From assembly GCA_016748015.1 (NCBI GenBank), contig JAAOMT010000521.1, positions 29,208-93,207 of the forward strand: 64,000 bases of DNA, written 5' to 3'. The position numbers and the translations under genes were made by a program. The notes under the pieces were generated by a model. That model had not been told where the DNA came from. It was given only the letters and a program-made list of their open reading frames with translations, and ran no database searches. This DNA comes from Geosiphon pyriformis uo1 (lineage: Eukaryota; Fungi; Glomeromycota). Below are positions 51,610-64,000 of this stretch, one piece after another. How positions within the stretch are numbered: the first letter of the stretch is position 1; the number at the start of each line of letters is the position of its first letter.

Positions 51610-52494
51610 AATAAAAGGATTATTTGTAAGAGAAATGTTGAGATACAGCAAGTGAAAAACAAAAAAAAAAAAACTACTTTCAAAATATAATTCTTTTTCA
51701 GGAATTTGGGACAAAGAAGAGAATGAGTTTTTTTTTTTTTATTATTTAAAAATTGTTCAAATTGTGTTAAAAATTAACAAATATTGTTGTTTATTATATA
51801 ATATTAAGTATTAAATTCAAAAGATAAAAACAATTTAATAATTTTTTTGTTTATAATATTATAAATAATTTTTAGATTTATAAAATTTTTTATAATTTGG
51901 TGCTTAATATAATTAATAATAGATCTAAAGATTTTTTTAAAAATTTAGGTTAAAAATTTTTGTATAATAGATAAAAATTTAATGTAATAATTAATAATAC
52001 TTAGTATTTAATTTTTTTGTATAATAATCAAATTATTTTGGTATTTTTTATTTTTTTAATAAGTAATTTTAATTCTCTTGACTATATTTTATGTTTTTTT
52101 TAACATTTTTTATTAAACAATTTTTAATATTATAATTTTAGTGTTTTTTTTAATCAATTAATAAACACAAAACATAACAAAAAATAAAATAAAAAATAAA
52201 ATAAATATTAGTATTCTATTAATAATCATAATTAAAAATTATTGTTTTAGTATTGTTAATAATATTATGTTAATATTATTTGTATTAATAGAAAAATAAT
52301 TGAATTTTAATAAGATAAATATAAACTTATAAAGTTGTAATTAGATAATATATTTTAATAAATTTTATTAAAATAATTATAAACTTCGAATATTAAATTG
52401 CTAATTGTAAAAACTACTTGATAAAATATAAATTAAATTTGTTTTTAATTTAACTTATCTGTTTTTTTAGTTTTTAATACTTCTATTATATATA

Positions 52495-53810
52495 CAGAAA
52501 AGTATAAAAAGTATTGGACACTTTTATAATATGTTATATAAAAGAATTAACTTATGAATTGTTAATTTTTTATAATTATATTAAAATACATGTTAGTATT
52601 TTGTTTGACCCCTATTTGCTTTAAGAATAGCTCGAACTTGACATGGCATAGACTTGATCAAATTACAATAATAATTTACAGATAGTATATTCCATTTTTC
52701 CTTAACTCACTGTTCCAATTGTACAATATTTAAGAGTTGTGAATTATGTTGACAAATTTTAACTTTAATATATAACCAAAAATTTTCTATTGGAGTAATA
52801 TCAAGACTTTGTACTGGCCAAGAAAGTAATTCAACATTTGAAGAGATAAGAAAAGAATGTGCAACTTTTGATGTATAGATTAGTGTATTGTCTTCCTAAA
52901 AAAAAAACTTTTTTTTAGTTTTTTTTATATGAAGTTTTATCATAAAAATTGCATAATTAACCAAGATTTTGTGGTATATAACTCCAGTAATATGACCAAC
53001 CAAAGGAACTAAAAGACCCAAACCAACCCATGAAAAACATCTCCAAAATATGTAACCAAAGTTTTTTCTAACTGTGGCTGCAATACAATCTTTATAAATT
53101 TTTCAGAAGGTTTACGCTATACATGGTTAAATTCTGTAGTCTTAAATTGTGTATATATAGATTCATCTGACCAAACAACTCATTTAAATCTTCTACTGTC
53201 TAATTTTCATAAGTACAAGTCTATTGTAAATGTTTTTTTTATTTAATTTGAAAATTAATGGCTTGAAACGAGAAATACATGAGCAAAATTTTTCTTGTGG
53301 TAATCTATTTTGAATAGTTTGTATAGAAATAGATTTGTTGGTATCTTTAATAAAATTCAATCATATTTAAGAAAGAGTTTGGCAATAAGTTTTTTTATTC
53401 TCCATTATTAAATATTTAAGTTGTTCACGTATGCATTTGTCAAGAATTTGTGATCGGCCTGTTTGTTTTTTAGGAAGTTTTTTTAGCTGTATAACTTTTA
53501 TACACATATTACAGAAGAACATGACCATCCAATAATCATGAAAATTTTACTGTTTGTATGTTTTAACTTTATTGCTAAAATAATTTCTCTTTTTTGGTAT
53601 TTAGAAAGTTCTTTTTCAAGACATATTTGATGTGATAAATTTTTTCATGACAAAAATGTTTGATATTTTATATATACACATATGATCTACTATTGTGTTT
53701 TACAAGGACACAATTTATGTTGATTTATAGATTATAACTATAAGTAATTATAAAAAAAATTATGGCTTAAATTGGTAATGGTATTATTATATATAGCTTT
53801 TACCTCTCTA
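52495..53810 (-). mobile_element. Decayed Tc1 (DD34E) DNA transposon
   Basis: Internal transposase, with left end TA|CAGAAAAGT.. and a degenerate inverted right end ..ACCTCTCTA|TA. The TIR call is tentative. Confidence 0.75.
52593..53624 (-). pseudogene. Tc1 transposase pseudogene
   Basis: Motifs VVWSDES, FWRCFSWVGLG and EDN...WPVQSLDITPIENFW (34 residues between D and E), with C-terminus SMPCQVRAILKANRGQTKY*. Confidence 0.9.
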
Positions 53811-56800
53811 TACATAAATTTTTATAATATAAAATTCTTGAAATTCCCAAAATTTCTTTAAATTATTGCTGAAATTCTTGATATTTCTGAAATTTTTGGT
53901 ATTTTTGTTAATATTCTTGAAATTTTTAATATTATATATTTTTATAATTTTATATTTTGCTATTGCCTATTTATATTATATTTTTCTATTATTATTTTTG
54001 TTTTATTTTATGAATAATAATGGTTTTTAAAAAGTTTTAAATTAATAAACTATTATTCAATTATAAATCTCATTATTTTAACTTTCAAATTTAAAAGATA
54101 ATTTATTAAAATAATTAAAAATATTATTTAATTTATATTATCATTTTATATCTAAAATTGTTTTTAAAATAAGCTTAATTAAAAAAATATATAATATAAA
54201 CTAAATAATTTTAACTTAATAATTAATAAAAAACCAATTTATAAATTAAAAAAATAAATAAAATAAAATTTAATATTATAATAAGTTTAAATAATAAGCT
54301 AATAATAATAATAATATTTTAATTTTAATTATAAAAACCAAAAAAATAAAATATGTAAAAATAAGAAATTAAATAATAAAATACAATAAAATCTAATAAA
54401 TAATTATTTTTTTTATTAAATTAATAATTTATTTAAAACTAAAATAGTTAATTTATATAATAATTAATAAAAACTATAAATTTCAATTATAATAATATTT
54501 TTTTAAAATAATTAAACTTTTATAAAACAATATTATTTAATTAATTGTATTTTCTAATAAAATAATTTGTTAATATTTTTTGTTAATAAAATATATAAAA
54601 ATTAAGATCAAATAAGTTTTAAATAAAAGTTTGACTTCTTTAATAATAATTAAAATTTTTAAAATATTTAACCTTATATAATTTTTAAGATTTTTATTTA
54701 AATATTTAAAGATGTTTTTTAAAAATTTTAAACACTTTTAAAGTTTTAATTATTTTTTATATAACAAGTTTTTATTAATAAAAAAAATTATTTAAGTATT
54801 TTTTCAAGTGTGTTAAAAAATTATATTAGTTTAATTATTGTGTATTTAATCATATACTATTTAATTTATTATTAGTTTATTTATTTTAATAACTGTTTTT
54901 TGGTTTTAAAAACAATATATACATATATTATATTAATTATTATGATTTGATTTTCAATAGTTAAAGTAGTATTTAAATAATTAATGATTTAGTAATTATA
55001 AAAAATATTAAGAACGTTTTAAAATGTTTTGATTTATAAAATAATTATTTATAAATATTAATAATATTTTAGTTTTTAAAATAATATATTTATTTATTTT
55101 TGATTTTTTATTAATTATTAAGTTAATATTATTACAACAGACAATTAATTAAATTATTTGTAATATTTTTTTAAATCTAATATAATGTACAAATTAATTA
55201 TAAAAAATTGTTTTTTATTGGTTTACAAAATATATAATCTATTTTTTAATATTTTGTTTATAATAAAAGTTTTTTTTAATAATTAAAAAACTTATTTATA
55301 TATATTATTCTTATTTAAACAATATTTTAAAATTAAGTTAGAAAATTGCTAAATTGACTCACTTGTAATATGTAATATTAATATATATATATATATATAT
55401 AGAAAATTAGTTTAATTAAAATAATAAATAACTTTTTCTTATATAAAATTGAATATAAATTATATATTTATTTTTTATTATGTCTTAAGTAATTATAGTG
55501 TTTTATAATTAAAAACATTTCATTATGGACAGATCTAAATATTATGGCCTTATTTCTTACAAATTTTATATTTGCATACTTGAATTTAAAAAAAATATTT
55601 TCAAAAATTTCAAATTGGGATAAATTTCGTTAAATAAATAATTTTTGATAAGCAATATTTTGTTAAAACACTTAAAAAACATTCTCGAGTTTGTTGATTA
55701 AAAAAATTTTCAATTACAAGAAATGTGGCAGAAATCTGAATTAATTGAGTCTATTTTTCGAAAATGTGTCTGTTCATTATAAATAGTCTTTGAAATTGCA
55801 TGTTGTTCAAGATTTTTCTGTCATAATGTTGTTCAAATTGCCTTTGATGTAATATTTACACTTAACATTTATAAAACTAATATTTTCTGTTTAGATTTAA
55901 GTCATTGAGTAGTGAAATATCTAGCAATATTATCAAATGATTCATGATTATGTTCAGTATTATAAACTATTAAATACCAGTATTTATTAGCTTTGAGTAA
56001 TCGTCTATATACAGCAAAAAAGCAGTTTGTTAATCGAATTGCTGTTTTTTATTGTTGATCTTCTAATAAAAGTTTTTTAGAAGTATTATATTCATTTCTT
56101 CGATCATATTTGAAAGTAATATAAGTATCATTAACAACAGAGTATTGTTTTGTAACTACATATTCTTGGAAGTATATAAAGGTGTTAAGACTTTGTATTA
56201 TCATCTTACAAGAGTTATATAATGTTTTTGGAAGTGGTAACATTATATGAATATAATCTGTAATTTTATAAAAAAATGTAATTACTTGTAAAATCAAAAA
56301 AAAACTTATTAAGTTTATTTTAAAGCTCTTTAATTATAAACTCATTAATATGTTTCTATATATAGTTAAATATGAAACTATAACATAAATAATATCACAT
56401 GTTGGGGGTAAATTAATTTAGCAAAAAAATTAAGTCAATTTAGCAATTTCCAAATAATATTAAGAATATTTTTAAAATGAAGTTTTTCTCAAATTAAATT
56501 TAGAAAAATGATTCAACTAATTATTTATTTATTAAAAATTTAAAATAACTATGCTAAATAGTAAAAAAGCATTAAATAATTCTATAAAATTTATTAACTT
56601 TTTAATACACTAGATTTATTAAAAACTAAATATATTAATTAATTAATTAATTTAGGAATTATTTAATAAAAGCAGATATATGAATTATTTTATATTTTAC
56701 TTTTCTGAAAACTTGAAATACAATATATTCATCATTTTATTGGTGTTGATATTTTGCTTTGTTTTCTAAATAATTAAACTGTAGCTTTCAATTTTAGGTT

Positions 56801-57249
56801 TTTTATAATACATCTTAGCATTTAAGCTATTTAATAGATTGGAATTATAATACTTTTGAATAAACTTATTAATATAAAATGCAATAAAAAGGAAAGTTAT
56901 TTGAATTTTTTAATATTGAGAAAGCTATTATCAAAATAAAATTATGAAAATAATCGTAAATAGAAGATATTTGTTTTGCCAATTTCTATAATAATACACT
57001 TAAATTATAAATAATATCAACTATTGTGAACTTTTTTTTTTTAAACTTTGTATAGAATCACTTTAAATATTATTTTGTTAAATATATTATAGTAACTTTT
57101 ATAAATGCTAAGTCTGAATTTTTAAAAGCAAGCTTTTTTTTAATATAAAAATTTCTTTAAAGATGAGCTCCCTATTTTGATTGGATATCTGCAGCAAGAA
57201 GATAATAAGTTAATTGATTATAATATCTTATTGATCATAAGTATTGCTA

Positions 57250-57420
57250 CATGTTTAACACTTTATTTTCTTGGTGATAACTCTTTTGAAAATATTTTTA
57301 AAGTTAAATCCAAAAAAAACGTTTCTGTTAACATGTTGAAAAGAATTATTAAGAAGAAAAGAGTACTATTTTTAAAATATATTATCATGAATAAAATTGT
57401 ACTTTAAAGAGTTTTAAGCT
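57250..57420 (+). pseudogene. Crinkler (CRN) N-terminal ubiquitin-like domain remnant
   Basis: LYFLGDNSFENIFKVKSKKNVSVNMLKRIIKKK...IVL*RV resembles CRN N-termini (LxCLVxGxxxxNAFxVxI....VxxLKxxIK...LWKV). The stop sits where TGG is expected. Confidence 0.55.
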
Positions 57421-59399
57421 AATCAATAATTTTTTAATATAACAAAAAATAATATATATTAGATTTGTTTATAAATTAGATTTAATTAAAATTTAATATA
57501 GTATTATAAGAAAAATATTTTCAAAAAGAGAATAAAAAATTATATTATCTAGTACTTTATTTATATTATTTATATGAAATGTTCTAAACAAACAAACAAA
57601 CAAACAAATAGGCTTGATATATATAATTTTTTTTATTGTATTCTTTAAAAAATTATAAAAAATTTATAAACTCTTTTATATCCTTAAAAATTCATAAAAT
57701 AAGTTTTTTTTAATAATCAATATAATTCAAGATTAATTTTCAGAGAAAATTTAATATTATTACTGTAATTTATATGATATCAGTTTTTTATTTTTTGATA
57801 CATAAAAACCATAGCAATAGCTGAATAGCTTCTAAAGTAATAATTCAAAAGTATAAAAAATTAGATATAAACTAATGTCTTTTTTATTATAATTAATTGG
57901 ATAAATCAAATTCATATGTCACTAAAAATTAATCAAACCAAAATCACAACTTATAATACCAATTTTAATTAATAAATAAAGTGTTAATGGTTTTTTCAGA
58001 TATTGCATTCATAATAAATACATTAAACTATCTTGATCTAAATAATATTGGCTCGACAATATCTGGTTTACAAATTAATGATATTTGAAAAAAAATTAGT
58101 CTTAAATAAAAGTTTTTTTAAAGAAAAAATTTAATATATATATATATTTCAAATATTGTTCATTAGTGAAGATTTAATTTTATGAATATTTACCAATTGA
58201 AAACTTTATAATCATAGCATTTTGCAAAACAAATAATTATTTCAATCATATTTAAATTTTTAATCAAATAAAATTTTGAGATAATAATACTTTTTTATTT
58301 ATATTAGAAATTAACAAAAAAACAATGAGCTGCTAAAAATCTAAGACAAGTTTCAATTTATTTTAATAATAATATAAAGTTGTCCAAAGAATTTCTAATA
58401 AGGTAAAGAGTTTTGAAAAAATTATGAAAATTTATAGCAGAAAAAAATTAAATGATTAGCAAGAGCAAATATTTTTTGATTATTGGATTAATTAATATAA
58501 ATTAATAATTAATATTTTCGAATAGGACTTCATATATATTGATTTAAATTATATATTTATAATTTTTTTTATTAATAATCATATTTTAAATTAATATTAG
58601 AAAGAATATATTTAAAGTTTAGTAAGAAAATTATTTTTCATGAAAATTTTTTAAGAAAACTGTTAATTTTTAAAGCAATATTTTTCAAATATTCAAATTT
58701 AAATTTTTTTATCTTATTCCTTCAACTTTAAATTTTATATTATTACTGCTGCTAAAAAACATTGTAAAAGTTTTCAAAGTTTAATTAAAAATTTAATAAA
58801 ACTAAATTTACAATTAGATATATATAAACTATTTTGTATATATCATTTTCTTAAAGTATAGGGAATTTTTTTCTATTTTCAAAGCAATAAAACAACTTAT
58901 TATAAGATTAATCATTTTTTAAATATTAATAAAATTTAAAAAAAAAACAAAAATTAAATGTAAAAATATATGTAATTTTTTATTTATAAGCAAAAATAAC
59001 CAAAAAATTAAATTTTCAATAATATAAATTTTAACAATTTTAAACAAAATATATTATTACAAACATTTAAAACCAAATAAATTAAACATATATTTTTATA
59101 TATTTAATTAAGATAACTAATTTTAACTTTTAAGTACTTATAAAAATTGCTAATTACAATTGATTAAATAAAAATATTTATTTTACAAAATTATAAGCTA
59201 TTATTATTTATCTAAAATTCAAAAACAAGAAAAAACAATTACAAAAAATATATTATTATTAATAATATTTAGAATATTAAGCTTACAAATAAATTTATAT
59301 TTGCTAAAATACTTTCAAGCAAAAAAAAATCTTTGCCTAAGAATAATTTCAAAAATTTTAGGTAAAGTATTAGATTTAATGAAGATAATGATATTATTT

Positions 59400-60350
59400 T
59401 CTTTTTTTAATCCAATTATTAGAGAGTGCTATAGAAAAATATTGTGATCTTGCTGCTAAAATTTACAAATGAGCATAAATAGCTCTGATATTGGATGGTT
59501 CTCCAATATGTGTTCAAAGAGTTCACTAATAAATGTTTTTTGTATTAATTTTTTTTAATATTTATAGTGATAGTAAAAAATAAACAAAAATTATTAGCAT
59601 TTTAAAATAGTTGTTTACAGTCAATTTTTGTTCTTTTGTGTATTGTCAAAACCATAGTTTACAAGTTTTTTTATCATAAATTTTTAATATCTATGTTTCC
59701 ATGACATAAACAGTACAGAGAAATATTTTAAACTTTTGCTTACTAAAAAGACCAAAAAAAACTTGTTTAATGCTACTTTGATTTAAAAAAAATACTAAAG
59801 AATTCACTAAAAACACTTTTTTTTAATGATTTATAATGCTACAGTAATAGTTTTATTATCTTTATTGTGCACAAAAAATGTGCACCAATATTTCAACATT
59901 CATATCCGTCCCGAACATAAAATGTAAAAAGATGCCAATTATGTTTATTGGTTTTGTGTGTAAATCTATTAAAGTTAATTATCTATGACACCAAAGTTTT
60001 TGGGATGTGTAAAAACAATGTTTTGGGTAAACTGCTGGGAAATACCTCAAAAACTGGTGAAAAATACAATACCATTTAGTATAATATTTTTGATTACTTA
60101 GATATGATATAATCTCCAAAATGTCTTGTTCTAATTTAATAATACCAATAAAATAAGTTTCTATAGGTTTATAAAGTTTATATTTGATGTTTGCGACTTT
60201 TTTTGTCTTAAATTTTGAGCAAAATTACCAAGACTTAATGTATTAGCATATTTCTTAATAGTATTAACAATAACTACCAGAGAGTAATACTTAACTGCTT
60301 CTTCTTTGACCAAGATTCAAAAAATTTCAGAGCATTTCAACTTGTTAGGG
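59400..60350 (-). pseudogene. Decayed MULE (Mutator-like) transposase
   Basis: LID/THKTNKHNWHLFTFYVRDGYEC*NIGAHFL (cf. DxTHKTNxY..PLFTLxVxD) is followed by IFLCTVYVMET* (cf. LCxxHxxRxW). Boundaries approximate. Confidence 0.65.
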
Positions 60351-61911
60351 TAAAGTTAGGACTTATATAGGTGTTAGGCTTAGGAGTGTTTATTATTATA
60401 TTTAAAAACACGATTAAAACTCATCAAAAAGCAGTAAAACTCGTTAAAAAAACTGGTGTAAAGCTTATTGAAAAAAAAAGTGGAAATTTGTTGTGAAAAT
60501 TTGTCAAATAAAAAACATGAAAAAAAACACGAAGAGCTCTTCAAAAAAATTAACCAATAAAATACATGTTTTCATAAATCATTGATTAACCATATATATC
60601 TCTTGTAATGTAATTATACATTAGCAATTGGCATTATGTAAAATATACTCTGATTTAGCCTCCCTTTGTTTATGGATAATTGACCAAATAAAATAAAATA
60701 AAAGTATTTATTCTTAAAAATATCTAAAGACTAAAAATAATGAATAAAAGTAGAATGTAAATTAATATAATTGGTCTTAAAATCATTGTTAATTTTTTCA
60801 AAAAAATCCAAAAATAGAGAGAATAATTTGCAATTGGTAATAATAATAATACAGCTGTTATAATTTTAATATTTGTTTATTTAAAAAATTATAAAAGCAA
60901 GTTTCTTATTTTTCAAAAAATGTTAGATTAATTTCAATTGAATTATAGCTATTGATATCTTAATTATTAAACTTAAATTGTTAAAGTTTAGCTCTAAAAT
61001 TATTGGTTAAATTTTGAAATATTTTGATATAATTTTATACATGTATTTATTAATAATGGTTAAATACCAATATAAATTGTGTATTTTTTATAATTTTACT
61101 CAATTAAGACTATACTATACAAAATTACTTAGATTTAAACAAAAAAATAAGTTTAGTTAACTAAATTTAAAACATAAAATATGATATATATTGGCTTTTG
61201 CAAATTTATAAATTTTAAAAATATTGCATTTTTTAATCATTTTTTTACAATTTGACAAAACAGTATTATTATTGAAAGTTAAATTGTTTTTTCTATTTTC
61301 TTTTTAATTTAATTAAAGCCACATTTGTTACAAAGTATTATTATAAATACATAAACTAATTTTCTTATCTTTAATCTAAATGATTTAATGAATAAAATAG
61401 ATTTAAAAGTTAACAAAGAACTGTTTTTATAATACTTATAAACACACAATTATATTATTTACATTAACAAATTTCTTTTTGTTTTTTAGTAATTAATAAA
61501 TAAATATTTAAACTATTTTATTAAAATATTCTGGTCTATTTAAATAACATTATTGTATATTCAAAATAAAGATTTGTTTACCTGGAACTTTAAAAGAGCC
61601 AAGTTAGCTTGGTACAAAGGTCGAGTAAGTTGAGCTCAAGCTGAATTTCAGCCAGAATTTTCAAAGCTTAGCTTAGTTTTATGAACTTATATATTATATG
61701 TGTTATGTGAATCATATGTCTTATACAATTTTATGAACATAAACATTTTTGCGCAAAAATAATAGATTATAACATATTATCAATAATATCAATCAGTTTA
61801 GGGCTTAAGTTTAACAAAGATTATTTAAAAATAACGAAAGATTATTCTGCACTTATTAAATTTTGGAAAAAAAAATGCTTTCCAAATTGTTCTTAATAAC
61901 AATATTTAATA

Positions 61912-61954
61912 TAGATGTGAATCATGCGTTTTCTACACGTGACCAGCTACCCGG
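61912..61954 (-). repeat. Isolated 43-bp fragment of the LINE 3' UTR
   Basis: TAGATGTGAATCATGCGTTTTCTACACGTGACCAGCTACCCGG matches 44955-44997 at 37/43 positions. Confidence 0.85.
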
Positions 61955-62080
61955 AATTTTTAAAGAACTATTATTTAATAAAGAAAAAACTTTTTGCTAC
62001 AAATTTTTTATTATTACTACTAAAATTCTTTTAAAAAAATATTATGTAAAAAACCAGTAAAAACACATTTTTATATATAA

Positions 62081-62375
62081 TTATAAATGTAATTCGTCAT
62101 TTTTTCCTGTGCGAGGAATTCTTTGGGCTGGATGAAATCCGGCTTTATTTTTTAAACAGTTAAAAACGCTTTTTTCTTTTATCAGAAAAGCAAAATTTGA
62201 GAAACTGCCTTTATAAATGACTTTACTTTTCACTATTTCGATTTTTCGACCTTTTTTTACAGCAAAATTAGCATACATACAATATAAATCATTCACAAAT
62301 AAACCAGCCTCATCTCCTCCGGCTCTCGGATGGATTTCCATTAAAATATTTTAGCTGTTCCCTTCTTCGTTATTT
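62081..62375 (-). pseudogene. prfA: Bacterial-type peptide chain release factor 1 fragment (PCRF domain)
   Basis: NILMEIHPRAGGDEAGLFVNDLYCMY...LKNKAGFHPAQRIPRT aligns with RF1 LEIRAGTGGDEAALF..DLFRMY...LKFESGxHRVQRVPxT. It includes the RF1 PxT motif, is intronless and is truncated on both sides. Confidence 0.85.
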
Positions 62376-63285
62376 AATTAATTAATAAAAGCAATTGCAA
62401 CAATAAATATAAAAATTTATCAACCAAAAAATTTCAATATTGAAAAATTCAATTATTTTTAAATTATCGAAGTAATCAATCGATTAAAATATAAATTTTA
62501 AATTTATTATTCAATAAACAGATATTTAATATTATAACAAAAAAAATTTTCAGGATTTAAAAATAATAAAATATTTTCAAAATTAATATAATAAATACCC
62601 AATAAAATTAAAATTAATTAATTAAATTTTAAATTTGTTTTTTATTAAAAATTAAAAACAAGATTTATACTTGGTTTTGTATCAAGTAAAAAAAACATTT
62701 TTTTTAGAATTCTAATTAACGTTTAATAGTTTTAAAAATTAATTAAAAAAAACAATTGTTAATTTGATTATTAATTTTTGTTGTCGTTTACATAAAACTT
62801 TTAATTTTAATGAATTTTTTATTTAAATTTATATTATTTTTAAAATTATATATGTGTATAAAAAAATTTATAAAATATATTGCCATAATAGAAATAGTTT
62901 AAAATTTTTCTTAATTTACAAAATATAATTTTTTAAGCTTTATTTTCACATTTTTTTGATAATCTCAAAAAAATGTTCTCAAAAATCTTTATTAAAGTTA
63001 TTGCTGTTATTTTAAACTAGTTGATTTGTAATTTTATTGTTTATTTTAAAAACTTGTTANNNNNNNNNNNNNNNNNNNNNNNNNNNNNNNNNNNNNNNNN
63101 NNNNNNNNNNNNNNNNNNNNNNNNNNNNNNNNNNNNNNNNNNNNNNNNNNNNNNNNNNNNNNNNNNNNNNNNNNNNNNNNNNNNNNNNNNNNNNNNNNNN
63201 NNNNNNNNNNNNNNNNNNNNNNNNNNNNNNNNNNNNNNNNNNNNNNNNNNNNNNNNNNNNNNNNNNNNNNNNNNNNNNNNNNNNN

Positions 63286-63960
63286 GGTACTTCTCAAGAT
63301 CAAGGAAAAGCATATGAAGTCTATTCAAAAGCTGCAGAGGCAGGAGATTTAAATGCACAATACAATCTTGCACTTTGTTATACTAATGGAGAAGAAATGA
63401 CGATAAATTCAGAAAAAGCATTTGAACTTTACTCAAAAGCAGCAGAGGCGGGACATTTAGATGCACAATACAATCTTGCACTTTGTTATGCTAATGGAAG
63501 AAGAACAACGAAAAATTCAAAAAAAGCATTTGAACTTTATTTAAAAGCAGCAGAGGCGGGACATTTAAATGCACAATATAATCTTGCACTTTGTTATGAT
63601 AATGGAAGAGGAATGACGAGAGATTCAGAAAAAGCATTTGAACTCTATTCAAAAGCAGCAGAGGTGGGAAATTTACTTGGACAAATCGCTCTTAGAGCAT
63701 ATCATCGAAATCGATTAGAAACAACGGAAGATCCGGAAAAAGTGGGAAATCTGAGTCCACAAACCAGTATTGAAACGTATTATCGAAAGGGATGGGAAAT
63801 AGTGAAAAATTTAGAAGAAACATTTCAATTCTATTTAAAAAAAACAGAGGCGGAAAATCAAAATGCACAATATAATCTTGGATGGTGTTATCAAAATGGA
63901 TGAGAAAAAACCTCCAAAAAGCATTTAAACTCTATTTAAAAGCAGCGGGAGCAAATAACC
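63286..63960 (+). pseudogene. Sel1-repeat protein (tandem 36-aa/108-bp repeats), probably pseudogenised; 5' part lost in the gap
   Basis: Repeats of AQYNLALCYxNGxGxxxxxEKAFELYxKAAEAG are present, with a stop at 63901 inside a repeat. Confidence 0.9.
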
Positions 63961-64000
63961 TATGTTATCAAAGTGATTTTCCTAAATTGAATGTCCATGA

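Larger units (their letters stand above)
44891..51727 (-). mobile_element. Full-length LINE-C (divergent subfamily) with TAA-repeat-like tail
   Basis: ORF1, ORF2 and the conserved 3' UTR are present, with sharp GC steps at both ends. The 5' UTR differs from LINE-A/B. Confidence 0.94.

Noticed and set aside
61955-62080. prmC downstream of prfA (bacterial operon)
   Set aside because: No recognisable methyltransferase motif in any frame.

Overview
This is eukaryotic, transposon-dense DNA, most consistent with an arbuscular-mycorrhizal-type fungus (Glomeromycotina, possibly Geosiphon-like). That assignment is inferred from Sel1-repeat and Crinkler remnants and a bacterial-type prfA fragment. No intact host gene is evident. 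Contents: (1) three full-length RNase H-bearing LINEs (13246-26200 +, 26366-33230 -, ~44891-51727 -) and one 5'-truncated copy; (2) three Ty3/gypsy-type LTR elements, two with a Cys-rich domain plus dUTPase after the protease, one of them an RT-less element nested in a LINE with a 4-bp TSD; (3) heavily decayed pogo, Tc1, Tc1-like and MULE transposases inside the very AT-rich stretches; (4) a 57-bp minisatellite, a Crinkler remnant, a bacterial-type release factor fragment and a Sel1-repeat pseudogene. The most interesting signals are a conserved, covarying four-way-junction RNA structure filling the LINE 3' UTR; an in-frame GUG in Kozak-like context conserved across three divergent gypsy families whose Gag N-terminal region has no AUG; a conserved AUGA stop-start junction between LINE ORF1 and ORF2; the Cys-rich + dUTPase + dUTPase-like module; and pervasive C:G->T:A hypermutation, including non-CpG sites. 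All alignments and folds were done by eye; no searches were run.
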